NCBI RefSeq assembly: GCF_037042905.1
Contig: NC_087245.1
Location: forward strand, 434,001-498,000
Direction of reading: 5' to 3'
DNA: 64,000 bases
DNA from: Lytechinus pictus
Taxonomy: Eukaryota
Each line of letters begins with the position of its first letter. Positions within the stretch are counted from its first letter, which is position 1. Positions 37,661-51,278 of this stretch are shown here, piece by piece. The notes under the pieces were generated by a model. The model made no database searches. It was not told the DNA's origin and was given only the letters and a program-made list of their open reading frames with translations. Made by a program: the position numbers and the translations under genes.

Positions 37661-37965
37661 AGGCGCATCGTGGTCTATATGTTCTGGCTCTCGCCTTTCA
37701 AACAGAGGGTCGTGGGTTCGAATCCTAGCCATGGCGTTTTCCTTCAGCAAAAAAATTATCCACACTGTGCTGCACTCCACCCAGGTGAGGTGAATGGGTA
37801 CCTGGCAGGATTAATTCCTTGAATGCACGAGCGCTGAAAGGCAGCTCGAGCTAATAAGGCCAGGGTAATAATAATGATAATAAGTACAATGCGCCTCGGA
37901 AGAGATTGTTTCTAGATAGATGGCGCTATACAAATGCCTATTATTATTATTATTATTATCATTAT
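37661..37965 (+). mobile_element. tRNA-derived SINE, near full length
   Basis: A-box-like GTGGTCTATATG, B box GGTTCGAATCC, core CACCCAGGTG...AATGGGTACC, tail GCGCTATACAAATGCC(TAT)n. Confidence 0.88.
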
Positions 37966-39334
37966 CACTATAATTATTATTAATTATTTATTTATTCACT
38001 TATTTATTCAGGTATATCAAAGACCAAAATTAACTCTAACGGAAACAAAGCTAAGCATGTTTTTTTATCACCTCTTTGTTGACCAATCATATAAAGCATA
38101 TAAACAAAGGCATTAAACATAAAAATGTATTGCTTATCTTAACGTAACCTTGGTAAGAAAACTGTTGGGAGTATGTATATTGAATGCTCACTATAAAATT
38201 TGAGAAATGAAATTGATTGATCATAATACAAGCCGAATAGATGCCGTATGTCTTCTTCTTGCTATCTATCTTAGTATCTCTTTCAATATTTCATATTCTC
38301 TTTATTTCCATTCCTCTATGCTATTTCAATCTTCTCCTCGTGCTCACAAGAATTCTTATTGAGAGATAATCTCTCCAACAAGTACCCCTATTAATCCATT
38401 AAAGTCATCCCCAACAAGTTCCCATTTTGTTTACAAATAGTCCCCATTTTTTCATAAATTTTATCTCTACTATAGGCCTTAAAACTCCCCAATTTCTGGT
38501 AAACCTTTGTTCAAAGTGTCCTTTTTGTTCCCCTACACTAATTGCCCACACTATGAACAAAATACTTTCAGACATTAATATTGGTTACTGGTACCCATGC
38601 ATGAAGGTTCACCTAGAACATGGTGCTCCATGCCTAACCTATTAATAAGTCTTAACTAGATAAATTAATTGAAACATACATCGCAGTCCTCCTTAAACTT
38701 GACCGATGAAAAGTGTAGTTTTATTTAAGTGAAGGCCAATTGAGGAAGCAATGGGAACTTCTACTAAACACAAGTAAAATGAGTAGAACAACATTATCTC
38801 AGTAGGAAATGAGACAATTCCACCAATATCTGTTCATGCTACTGTAGAAGCATACTGTATGTTTGCAGATATCCCTGTCCAATTAGAATTGAGTTTAGTG
38901 AATACGTTATAGGTATAAAATATGACCCCAAGCTGGTTTTGGAAACCCCCATCTGGACCTTTCCCTTGGCGACCCCCCCCCCCCCTTTACTACCCCCTCT
39001 TTGATGCACCTCTCTTGGACCCATCTGGCTATCCACCCTGCACCTTCGCCCATCATCATTATAATCATCAAATATTCTATATACTTTAACTAACTACTAA
39101 AAATATTTTGAACGAAGAAGTTCGTCAGGCCGACAGAATTTTATTTTGTGCTAATTGAATTGGAACGCAAAATAGAAAAGTAAATTTCAGGTATTTCAGA
39201 CAGTTGGCAACTGGAAACCTTCATTCGTTTTGCTATAACCTATGAGTTCTTCGAAGTTTGCGTCAACGTCTTCATTAATTAAACTCCAGTCCTCGTCCTT
39301 GTCCTTCACTGTTCCTGTCGTCGTCGCCCCATCA

Positions 39335-39685
39335 ATTCAATTCAATTCAATTCAGTTCAGTCCAATTCAATTCTTTATTCCATTTCCATTCAAAACATAA
39401 TACAAAGTAATATAAAGTACAATTTTAAAGACGAACATTCTTACTTCGTAAAAAAACCCAGTAAAATATTGAGCATAAAAATGGAAATGAGGGGGGTCCA
39501 CTAAAAGCAAAGCTTGTAAAGTGTGGATCCCCTTGGAAATGAAGGAAATATTCTCGACTTATTCATATATGCGTGTATATATACAAGAAAGAAAAAAGAG
39601 AAGGAACAAAAAGGTCGAAATCATATTGATGTAAACATAATTACTGAATTAACAAATGCAAAGCTATTCACATAAAGAGGTCTTT
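39335..39685 (-). mobile_element. Probable LINE 3' end with (GAATT)n tail
   Basis: (AATTC)n array next to TTTATT on the plus strand, interrupting a degenerate GTCGTCGCCCCATC minisatellite; no coding remnant seen. Confidence 0.5.
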
Positions 39686-39710
39686 CCATCGTTCGAGCCC
39701 TTGTCGTCGC

Positions 39711-41141
39711 CAACCGCGTAGCCAGGATTTCATTTTGGAGGGGGCGGTAAATGCACGCGAAGCGTGCCAACACTTACAGAGCGCGCGAAGCGCGCTTCCT
39801 AGGGGGTGGGTGCAGGGAGGGGGAGTTTCCCCCTCCCGCGCGAAGCTTTTGGTGTTTCATAAATTAAAATGAAAAGGAGCCGTCTCTCTTGTCTCTAGTA
39901 CCTATATCAGCTCCAATTCAGTTGACTATATTGTGATTTTGAACCTTGTTTTCAAAAGTGATTGTGAACGCACAAAAAGGAATACAATGGAGGAAATTAA
40001 AATCATAATAACCCGAAGCTAAAGCGTTTTATAATTATTTTTGCCATGAAAAGGGTCCCGAGAAAAGAGTATTCTCAAAGATATATTGAATACTTCCTTT
40101 GGAAATATCAGATTTGATTACAAACAATTTAGCGACAGTGCATATCTTTAACTCGCAAAACAGAGGAAAAGAAGTGTATATGCAGGGAGGAAGATATTCC
40201 TCCCGCGCAGAGCAATAAAAGTCTGAAATTTCAAAGGGCAGACGTTTCATCAAATGCAGATATATCTAATACCCCATCGGCTCTAATTCAATTGATTTCC
40301 TAAGATTATTGAACTTCAATACAAGGAAAATAGTGTGCAAAAAGTTGAAACTTCTGTGATTTATTGAAATTATATAAAAAAGGATGCCTAATTACTTTGA
40401 CTTATCCTGAAGCGCTTCATTTGAATTATAAAGAAACCTAAGTGTCATTCAAAATTTCACACTGAGGGGAAAAAAACAGGACAGGAGATAAATGTGCAGG
40501 GAAATAACATGAAGATTAATAGAATTTGAAAAAAAAATATTGTACTTTTTTATTTAATACGACACGAATTTTATACATTCCTCTTTTTAAATTAGGAACC
40601 TGTTTGGCCCAAATTATGGTTGTTTAGTAATGACCTGAAAAGCAGGAGAAGTTGACTTTATGGAGGTGACGGCAGAAATTTATATAAAGATTTTACCCGC
40701 CCGGAGCCGACCCGACCAGAAGTTGCGCGATCAATTAAAAAAAAGATAACTTCATATACTTCGGCCTAACCTTACTCGAATTCCATGCCCTATTCTATAC
40801 ATTTGAACTTTAACTGGCAAGAAACACATATAGCTGAGGTGGAAAAGCAGGGTTAGAGAAAGGGTGGGGGAAACAATGGAGAAACATCAATTATTGTCAT
40901 TTAACCGCGCGCAGCGCGGAAGCAAAATTCATATATAAATTTAGAGCAAGAGTGAAGGAGTTTCTCTTTTGAGAAAAAAAATAAAGAATAAAAAGATAAA
41001 AAACCCGACAAAGCTACCTTTCTTCCCTTTCCTCCCTTCCCTTTTCTTTTTTTCCTCTTTTTCCCTTCTTTTTTTTCTTTTTGGGGACGTCTGGGGGGGG
41101 GGGGGCGACCGCCCCCACCGCCCCCCCTGGCTACGCACCTG
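39711..41141. mobile_element. hAT-type non-autonomous element
   Basis: Ends CAACCGCGTAGCCAGG / CCTGGCTACGCACCTG; perfect 8-bp TSD GTCGTCGC (39703-39710, 41142-41149). Confidence 0.88.
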
Positions 41142-42852
41142 GTCGTCGCCCCATCCAATTCCATCGTTCCAGCCCTTAATAGTCGTCCCCCTATCGTTCC
41201 CGCTCTTGTCGTCACCTAATCGATCCAGTCCTTGTAATCACCATCATCGTTCAAGCCCTCGTCATTGAATCGCCCCGTCATTAGTCATCGCCCCCGTGAG
41301 GAGTGTCCCCGTCAACAACTTAACTGTTTATGAACTTGCGATCGCGTATGTAAGTCCACAGTGGCGTACCATGGGTCACGGCAATTCAAACCTGAAGAGG
41401 GGCATTCTAAGGCTTGTTTGCCATAGGAATTCTCTAAGGCCATACGTATTTTACTAACCAAATGATGCGAGCTCGAAGCATGAGCTGAAAATTTGTGATA
41501 TTTAGATCAGAAAAAGAGAAATTTCAAGGACTGATTTTAGGAATTCATAATGAGCTGACATATCTCACCAATCCTGCAATCCACTAATGCGAACGTAAAC
41601 ACGGACAGGAAATGTTTTATATGCAGACTTAAAAATGGGGCAATCCCTTTAAGAAGTCATGAAAAAGAAGCGTATGTCACAACATAAAACAATAACCCAA
41701 AGTGAGAGGAAATATATTTCGTGTACATTGAGTTAAACAGGATGTTTGAGTACAACAGGATTATATATCTCGTTAAACAGACAATGCGAGCACCAGGCAT
41801 GATGAACACAAAGACCCTTAGCAAATCATGTTTCATAAAGTTATGAAAAAAATATAAGCCGGGGTAATAGCAGGGCCCGCTGGGAGAACTGAAGTGGATT
41901 ACCCTGGGTAAATACACCTATATTATTATTATTATTATACATAATACTATTTTTCATCCCTGCTGTGTCCTTTGTTACATATGTAATGATAATTCTTGAT
42001 GGTGATAATTATAATTGATGGTACTGCTAATACACTGACTACTGCTGCTGCTACTGCTGACTGGTATTTATTTATTTATTTATTTATTAGAAAATATTTA
42101 TTCAGGATAAAAAGATCAGCTAAATTGCTGTTTTACATCAATGTCCTGATTTAACAGGGATAAAAACATATAAAGTTACAATAATATCATGATGCAAAAT
42201 ACATATAAATATTTAAATTTAGCTACTAAAAATATGATAAAAAATACTGTAAATAATTATGTTAAGACATTGAAACAATAAGATTACATAGCAACTGAAA
42301 TATGATAAAAAATACTGTAAATAATTATATTATGACATTAAAAAATGGAATTCTGTTCGAACTAGTTAAGTAATCACGGCAAGATAATCTGATAACATGA
42401 CCCAACCTTTCACAAAGATGCTTCATATGATAAGTATTGGAGAAGAATGAAACCCTTAGAACAAAAATAGCCCGTGTGAAAAATCAAAGAAACAGACCAA
42501 CGAAAGCCCGAGAAAAATCGGACAAACAATGAGAAGGCCACGAGCGCCCGAACAATGCGATCACCAACGCTAAGGAGACCCCCACACCGGCGACGCAACA
42601 AAGATGTGCGATGCCACCTGCGAACAACTCTCCCCTGGGCCGGCATCTCACAGTCCATGGAAAGCTGCTAACATGTGACACCACACACCCTCGCCGCACC
42701 GCCAATGGGAGGATCCCCACAGCATCAGCGATCGCAATATTCAAACGCCCACAACCCTCCCACCGCCCGCCCGACCCCTCCCAAACCCTCGCCGACCTGC
42801 TTCCTCGACCCCTCCGACACCAGCCTACCCATTCCAAAGATTTCACTCCCCT

Positions 42853-45190
42853 TTAACATTGGAAGAGCTTTTTATACATTCTCTTAAAGGAGTTAAATGA
42901 AGGAAGATTTTGAAGAAAATGTGGTAAATTATTCCAGATTTTTGATCCTGAAAATAAAAAAGACCTCTTAAAACATTCCAAATTCGGTTTGGGTGGTATA
43001 ACATTGAGTGTATCACAATTTCTAGTTCTTATGTCGTGCCTATCAACTACTAACTCAATATTATTACATAATCTGATAGGAGCCATTCCATGTATACACT
43101 TAAACATAATATTAGCTAAAAAATAATCACGTCTTTGCTCAATAGTAGGCCATTTGAGTTCCTTCATGAGATCTTCACCACAGCTGTTAACATAATCAAA
43201 ATTACCTGTAACGTAGCGTGCTGCTCTTTTTTGCAATCGTGTTAAGTGATCGAGTTCCCTTTTACCAATATAATTTCCCCAAACAGAGATGGCATAATCT
43301 AAAGTTGGCAAAACATTTGTCATATAAAGAGTGTTAAGGAGGGATTTATTCAAAAATTGTCTCAGTTTACCGAGTGAAAATATCTTGTAGGCTAATGTTT
43401 TGGATATATGATTAACGTGCGAACTCCAATTCAAATTTTCATCAATTTCAACACCGAGGTATCTAATAGATTTCACTTGTTCCACCAAATTATTATCAAT
43501 AAAAATATTAATCTTATCGCATGAATAAGACCTATTTCTCAACAGCATTACCTTTGTCTTACTGACATTTATACTTAAGTGGTTTTTATCATACCATTTT
43601 TTAACATTGTCGATATTCTTTTGCATTTTTAAAGTAACTTCATTAACATCGGAACCATAATCATAAATTACCACGTCATCAGCAAAAATATTACATTCAC
43701 CACTGTTGAGACAAGTAGAGATATCATTAATTATTAAGAGAAAAAGAGCCGGGCCAAGCCCACTCCCTTGCGGAATTCCGATATCTATATCTTTATATGA
43801 TGACATTTCACCATGGCAACAGACCATTTGCTTTCTGTTACTTAAATAACATTCAAACCATTTCAATGAAGTACGAGTAATGCCGTATTTTTCTAATTTG
43901 AAAAGTAATAGCTTGTGATCGATTGAATCGAAGCATTTAGAAATGTCAAGGAAGCATGCCCCGACAACTTCACGTTCATTGAATGCCCCATACCAATCGT
44001 CAATAACTCTATGTAAGGAGGTTACAGTTGAGTGGTTAGGAATGAAAGCAAACTGATCAATGTTGATAAGATCGTACTTTTGTAAATAAGCGAGAAGTTG
44101 TTTTTGAACAGTTTTTTCAATTAATTTGGAAATATGACAAACGACTGAAATTGGTCTATAGTTTGACTTATCTGATTTTGATCCTTTACCCTTATATATA
44201 GGTGTTGTTCTTGACTTTTTCCAGTCGTCCGGGATTATACCTGACAATAAACTTAAATTGAAAATTTGACTTAGTGAATTATAAATAAGAGGTGCAGCTA
44301 AACGTAGAAGTTTAGAGTCAAAATTCATAACATCTAGGTTACTTGTGGATGACAGACTCAAGAGCAGTTTTAATACTTCATCAGGTTTAGCATGCTCAAA
44401 ATCAAATTCATATATACACTGTGGTTGGTTCCAGTTAATATCCTTTTCTTTGTTATTAAATTTTTTGCCTACATTAATAAAATAATCATTCATTGTGTTA
44501 CAGTCTAATTCAGCTGGAACATCATTTTTGTTTTTTGTATTTCCAGTCATCAAAGTAAGTTCATTCCATAATTTCTTTGGATCATGTTTATATTTAGTGG
44601 AAATCTCGGAAAAGTATTGACGTTTAGATTTTCTTATTAATTTAGTAATTTGATTTCTTACAATACGATATTCTTTAACATGATGAAGATTATCTGCCGC
44701 TTTGGATTTACAATATTTTCTTTTTAAGAAATCACGTCGGTACATAAGATCAATAATTTCACCAGTTATCCACGGAGAGTAACGTTCTTTAACTCTGATA
44801 ACTTTAAGGGGAGCATGTTTATGACATATATCAAGGAAAATATTTTTCCAACTCTTCCATACGGTATTTATGTCATCGTTGCACGAAAAATTATCATTGC
44901 ATATTGAACTTTTGGATAAATCATCAAGAAATGACTTTTGGTCAAATTTTTTATAATTCCTAAAACGCACTGTTTTATGGCTAGTAGACTCATTTTTAAA
45001 ATTAAGACATGTATAAGTCAAGTAGTGGTCGCTGAGAGAAATCGGTGCAACATTTGTTATTAAATGATCATTAGGATTAGTTGAAAAAATATGGTCAATA
45101 CATTTGGATGTTGTCAGAGTTACCCTTGTGGGTTTATTTACCAGTTGAGTTAGAAGAAAAAGGTTCTCCATGTCATCAATATTTTTTTTT
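42853..45190 (-). CDS. LINE ORF2, C-terminal APE plus reverse transcriptase
   Basis: PTRVT...IDHIF...SDHY (APE end), PWIT, NYRPIS, FLDISKCFDSIDH, GIPQGSGLGP, FADD, YLGV, WNNLP; no internal stops. Confidence 0.95.
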
Positions 45191-45859
45191 CCCACTACAT
45201 TTGGTATCAAAATAATCAATATTAATATCACCAAGTATACACAATTTCTTATTGTCAATTGATGCTAATTCTAAGACATTAAATAAATGATCAAAGAATT
45301 CGGACTGAGAATTTGGAGGTCTATATAAGCAGCTTATAATCAAACTTTCGTGTTTTAATTTTAATTCTATCCATAATGCTTCTAGGGAATCATGCTCTAA
45401 ATCATGCCGTCGACAGAAAGATAAAGTACTACGAATATACATACATACTCCACCTCCACGTTTACTACTTCTATCTAATCTTAATAAACTGTAATTATCG
45501 ATATTAATCATATCATCTTTTATTGCATTGCTCAACCACGTTTCGGATATGCATAAGATATCAAGTCCTAGTTTTTTTAATAGAAAGCTAATTTCATCAA
45601 GTTTACCAAAAATACTTCGAACATTCATATGGGCAATTTTAAGACTATTATATTTTCGAAGAATATCAGCATGAATTTCATAAGCACAATTATTTGATTG
45701 ATAACTATCAGTTGAAAAACTATAATCATGATGTGAAACAGAGTCAATTTCAGTTGTTGGAGACGTATAATTACATTTGTTAATTGAAGAGTCATGCGGA
45801 GCAAGATATGGGTTACAGTGAAAAGGGTGGAATTCGGCTCTCTCATCTTGGCCGAAGAC
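45182..45859 (-). CDS. LINE ORF2 N-terminus / apurinic-like endonuclease, joined to the RT part by a one-base frameshift
   Basis: LKIAHMNVRS, ISETWL, RGGGVCMY, YRPP, LGDINID; the frame is open back to the ORF1 stop; an A9 run at 45182-45190 breaks the frame. Confidence 0.88.
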
Positions 45860-46410
45860 TTAATATTCTGACAAACAGGACTTTGCTTTATGTCCTAACC
45901 TAAAACAACGGCGACATTGGAGCCGAAAACTATAACGGCATCGAGAGCTGTTATGATTGTATTCACCACAGTTATAACAACCTGAGTAATCCTTGTAATA
46001 ATCAGATTGATCAGGATGAATGGACTCTTTGACTGTATCAGCATAGGAACGGGTCTGTGGATCAGAAGACATGTATGCCTGTTGACGTTGAAATATAGCA
46101 TCATCATTTCTAAGATCGTTTCTATGGTCATCCTTGAAGTGGTTACGCTGATCGTCTTGGTACGACTGTCGCGATGTAACTGAAGGCATGTAAGCATTAT
46201 GGTAAGACCTGACATTGCTTCTGTTAGAGATTCTTTGAAGTCCTTGTTGATTTCTTGTCGACGTATAAAATGGCGGGTTAATGGATGTATTTGACCGTAT
46301 AAGACGAAAACGCTCGTTTCTTAGATTGCTATCATTTCGTAGTTGATCATTGGCTGGTTTCGTCGTTAACTCGAGTGGAAATCCGTGACTTGATCCATCA
46401 AAAGGAGTAT
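45860..46410 (-). CDS. LINE ORF1 C-terminal part with two CCHC zinc knuckles
   Basis: CYNCGEYNHNSSRC and CRRCFRLGHKAKSC (CX2CX4HX4C) after a low-complexity N/R/S/D linker. Confidence 0.85.
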
Positions 46411-47914
46411 TGACCATTACTGTCATTAAATATACAGAACTGAAATATTGATAATTACCTATATAAAAACAAATGAAAGGACAAAATACAAAATGCCTTG
46501 AAATTTCAAGGCTTAAAATCCTCAAGGCTAAGGCCATCTCGAGACAAAGGCTTTGAAAAAGTAGGCCTTAAAGCACCTTAAGGCCAAGGCCGAGCATCAA
46601 GGCACTACAAAACTGAAATATAGAGAACATTTAATCACCCTTTCTTTGTAAACAGTGTCCTGATCATGTTTAAATATATTTGAATAAATTAATAAATCAA
46701 TAATATAAATTGAATACTGTATTGATACTGTAGTGTAAATCCAATGATAGTAAATCAGGTGTGTGATATCATGTTATATCACACAATATACCAAAAACCT
46801 TTTAAAATTGAGTCAATTATTGTGATATATATTTAAATCTCAACATACCATTTTGAATTGTAAGGAGAGTTAGAAGCATAGAAACTGAGAAATGTTTGGA
46901 AGCTAGAAACATAACTTTCATTGTAAGAATCAATTTATTATGCAATTCCATTGATAATATAGAACAATATATACATTTGCATTGCACATTTACATTCATC
47001 TGTACAGTTTATAAAGAGATCATTAAATTAATTTAGGTCAATGAAAACATGCATACCATGCATAGATATGGTAAAGTCTACAATAAAGAACAATTTTCAT
47101 TTAAATATACATGTAGTTCATTAATTTACCATATCAGGTATAAAATGAATACAAAATGCACATAGTCATAACATATAATTTAAGTAAATGAATACAAAAT
47201 TAACAAATTGTATACACACAATGAAAACATCTACCTTCGGAATTGGTAATCTCTTAACCAGAGGCATATGTAGGAAAAGCAGTGCCCAGGGCAAGTATCA
47301 AATTTGAACTCCTAAGTGAAATCATGCCCTTCCAACATCAGACACAGGGATTAATGATAAAATGTGAAAATTAATGCTTCATTTATTATCTGTAAGATTG
47401 AACTGTCAGTTGTTTTTACTTAAATTTGCTGCCCTTTTTGTTGCACTTCTGTTTTTTTGCATCCCTGAAATTAATGCCCATGCAGGGTATGTGCCTCCTT
47501 GTCCTATATATAAATACACCACTGCTATTAACAAGATAAAGATAATAGGCCTATCACATAAAAAGAATACTATAAATGCAGTGGAATTTGCTATTTTTAT
47601 AAAATGGATTCAGTTAATGTGTACATGAAAGTTGATAAACAAAAATTCTTAATAAGTATGCAAAGAAAATTTAATTTTGAACCCTTTTGAAGTTTGGTAC
47701 CATTGCTAGTCAATGCAAGCTTTTACTTTAGAAAATACATTTGAATACTATGTTGAGAGTGAAAACAAACATTTGTAAAGACAGTTTGATTCTAAATGTA
47801 TTTCAGTGCAAACATAAATATGAAAGATAAATTGCCGCATAACAAAGTTATAATGTCAATTAACATGATTAAACAAATAAGTCATCTGTCTACTAAACAC
47901 TGTATGCCTGCTCT

Positions 47915-48048
47915 AGAGACAGAAATAGAGAGACAGAAATAGAGAGAAAGAGAAAGAGGGAGAGAGAGAAAGAAGAGGGAGAGAGAGAGGGAGAGAGAGA
48001 GAGAGGGAGAGAGAGAGAGAGGGAGAGAGAGGGAGAGAGAGGGAGAGG
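47915..48048. repeat. (GA)n / (GGGAGA)n microsatellite
   Basis: Visible directly. Confidence 0.95.
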
Positions 48049-48291
48049 GGGTATTAATAGTTGCCACTCTCCTATTTGCCTTGGGTAAGCTCTGTGAACA
48101 CTTAAGTGTATTTGTGAATTCTACCATGATTAGGAAAGATCAATAAAAAATACTTTGACAATGATTCAGATCTCTATAAAAAGAAAAAAAGAAAGAAAAG
48201 GGGAAATTTTTAAACTTACATGAAATTTGAAATGAATTAAAATTACGTATATAAAATTCAAACAGCCTGAAATGGAATAAACATTTAAAAT

Positions 48292-48563
48292 CACTGGCGG
48301 ATCCAGGGGGGGGGGGGGGAGGGGAAAGCTGTCCCATGCCCCCCCCCCTTTTGAGAGGCACAATTAAAATTTGTAAAGTAAAAATGCTGTTAAAACACAA
48401 GTGCCCCCCCCCCCCTTTGAACGTGAAGACTTTTTTTGCTTGTCGAAATTTTTTCATGGACGAAATATCCCTCATTTCTGTTTAAAACCCTTTTTTTGCT
48501 TGCTGTCCCATTTTTCCTTTGGAAAATGTGCCCCCCTTTTGGAAAATCCTGGATCCACCCCCG
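48292..48563. mobile_element. Short hAT-like MITE
   Basis: CACTGGCGGATCCAGG / CCTGGATCCACCCCCG ends; imperfect AT-rich TSD. Confidence 0.6.
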
Positions 48564-49289
48564 TTTCAAAATAAATGTCATATTGACAGTGATCCCAACA
48601 AAATATTAAGAAATAGTGCAAAAATAGAATAGAAACAAATACACAGTGAAGCACCATGATTGAGAATAACCAATCCATACTAGCTATACAAACATACAAA
48701 GATCATTTAATAAAATTGATACCTTCTCCTAACCACATTGGACAGTATACCACATGGGCATACCATGTTGCAATCAAATTGAATAGTATATGACTACAAC
48801 ATGGGTATTGTATACTAGTATCTCATTGTATACCACATTGTATTAAACACTGGTCTTGCACTCCACTAGATTATAGATGTCCTTTCAAAAGAATATCACT
48901 TTGCCACTGTTTTAAGGTGACTCCCCCCCCCCCCCCAAAAAAAAAAGGGGGGGATGTCTATGAACCAAAGATAAAGGTTGGAAATGCAACCTTCCTTCAA
49001 AAACAGGGTCCCCGCCTTACAAAGTGTTGAGATGATCCAATCAACTACAACTATGAGAAGCCAGCAACGTCAACATCTAAAATGCATGGTTATTCTAAGT
49101 ATTTTCTAGATAAGATGCATATTCATACATTAATCATTTTTTTTAAATTCAGTCTGCTTCCTTATGTTCACAAAGTACATTGATTTCCATATAGTTGAGA
49201 TTGATTTGGTCAATTGTAACTCCTTACAAGACGGGCCTAGGAGTGAACTAATAAAATCATACAACTCTGCAACTCTGAATGTTTGTGGT

Positions 49290-50530
49290 ATACAGTTCTA
49301 TAGAATTGTCAAAAGTCAACTTAACTCTGCAATGAATGAGTGCTAAATAATGTAATAACAGATTGGTATTAAATGATTAAAGAAAACAACAAAGTGTTGC
49401 TTCTTGGTTCTCTGCAGTGATTATCAACCTTACAATATCTGCAATAATCAATCACACTATTTTAGTGTATCACAACACAAATGTTTGGGTGTGATAATTG
49501 ACGATACTTTGACATTCAAATATCATGTCATTTGATTGAATTGTAAAAGGAATGAAACAAAAGCTTTGATTAATCAATATGGACCGTCTTAAAAGGTTTT
49601 ATTTAGGATTTGTTCTCCGTCATGCATTGTATCAATGCAATGTCTGGTCATATAGATCTGGGCTGTATTCTGAGGCCATTTTATCTTTAAAATATTTCAT
49701 TTTACCCATAAATATTTAATTGATATTCAGAGATCACTTTTTATTACTCACATAAAATAAAAAAAATTATCTTGCATATCTAAATGGTTAGATACCCATT
49801 GTGTATCTCAGAATACCACCCCTGTATCTATGATACAGTACATAATCTTAGCTTAGTCTTCTATGAACGAATTGTACAAAAATTCTGTATTATGAATGGT
49901 ATATAAGTGTATAAGTGAATAAACTCCATTCTTTTTTAATATAGATTTATTTTTAATGATAATGTATCGTTACGTATAACAGGACGTACAAACAGATTTT
50001 TATTACGAGCCCATCAATGTAAAACTTAGTATAACAAAACCTCAGGTAGGTGTAACAAATGGAATTCATCATCTGAAGAAATTTGATCTTCCCAATCATT
50101 GGTAACCTTTACACGTCTAATAAATTCTTGAAATCAATTATTATTCTAACCATAATTATAAAAATGATCATTGCTCAAGCTAATTTGTTAATACAGTATG
50201 TGATCTTAATACTAAATTTGACTTATTATATGATACAAGTAAATGGTAGGTAAGTAATTTGTGTATGTGAGTGTAAGAGGGAATAACAGTAAATACATGG
50301 TTGCATCCGTATGTGTGTGTCTAATTAATGAGAGGAAGGCAGAGAGGGTTGGGGTTTAGGCTTATCTTCTGTCTATTTTGCATGTAAATATTATATAATG
50401 TAATCAATGATTATAATTTGTATTTTAGTTGAAAGGACCCAATTGTAAACCAGCTTTATAAATTTTTGATCACTGTTTATCATATACAGCTTATTTGATT
50501 ACCCTGTATAAAGATGTGAAATAAATATCT
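49290..50530 (+). mobile_element. Decayed CR1/L2-group LINE 3' fragment
   Basis: VSQHKCLGVIIDDTLTFKYHV at ~49467-49530; 3' end GGACC...TGTAAACCAGC...CCCTGTATAAA...AATAAATA resembles the 3' end of the young LINE. Confidence 0.65.
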
Positions 50531-50844
50531 AAATAAGCTATAAACCTACAGCCTGTCATTTGGTTTGTATGCAATTTCAATATATGTATCACAGAAACCT
50601 GATATTGCCTGTCATCTGTGTGTACAGGAAATTACACATAATGGTAATGGCCCCCAGAATGAGATGACACTTTTCTTTATTCATGAAATTTATGCAAAGT
50701 TAGAAATTCAAATCGTACAGGAGTGAAGGTGATTATTTTTTTGTTTTTGTAAAACTGGTCAAATAAAAATAATAAGACCAAAAAGAAATGCCACAAATTT
50801 TGGCAGAGATTAATTCAACAGAGATACCAGTGGTAGTATGGTCA

Positions 50845-51278
50845 GTTCCCCCATGTCTGCGCGGTCTCCCAAGTCTGTGCACCCGCGTATCTGCGCGATT
50901 CTAGTAAAAGAAGATACGCAACGAGCATGAACTTTACACATTCATTAAAAAATCCGACTCAAAATGGTGGAAAAATAATGAATTCAGGGCATTTCATGTG
51001 ACGGCCTCAAAATGCAGCCTTTGTCATCAAAATCCCCGAATCGTGTGCAAAGTGAATGAGTGCGCAGACATGGGGTACCATTTTTTTTTCAATCTGAAAA
51101 TGACTGCCAAAAAGGTTTTTCAAGAAAATCTTATATTTTCTTTCATTTTTTAATGAGAAATTTGGTACACTTACTCTTAATAATATAAGGAACACTATTA
51201 ACCAAAAGATTTTGTGAAATAAGAAGAAATTCATGTTAAATCTTAACTCAAATTGTTAGGTGCTCAGACTTGGGGCCC
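50845..51278. mobile_element. MITE with CCCCA(T/A)GTCTG(C/T)GC inverted repeats
   Basis: CCCAAGTCTGTGCACC (~50868) versus GGTGCTCAGACTTGGGG (~51259); CCCCATGTCTGCGC versus GCGCAGACATGGGG. Confidence 0.6.

Larger units (their letters stand above)
42067..46410 (-). mobile_element. Young non-LTR retrotransposon, CR1/L2 group (Crack/Daphne-like), 5'-truncated within ORF1
   Basis: ORF1 zinc-knuckle tail, APE, RT, ~790-bp 3' UTR ending in (TAAA)n. The 5' boundary is approximate and no TSD was identified. Confidence 0.92.

Noticed and set aside
37661..37735. tRNA genes here and at 59750-59820
   Set aside because: No clean cloverleaf; each continues into SINE core sequence.
45191..45258. Hydrophobic signal-peptide-like start of the 801-aa ORF
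   Set aside because: Out-of-frame reading of APE sequence upstream of the frameshift.
46411..46537. N-terminus of the 225-aa ORF as the true ORF1 start
   Set aside because: Composition changes to T-rich flank-like sequence; probably a chance open frame beyond the truncation point.
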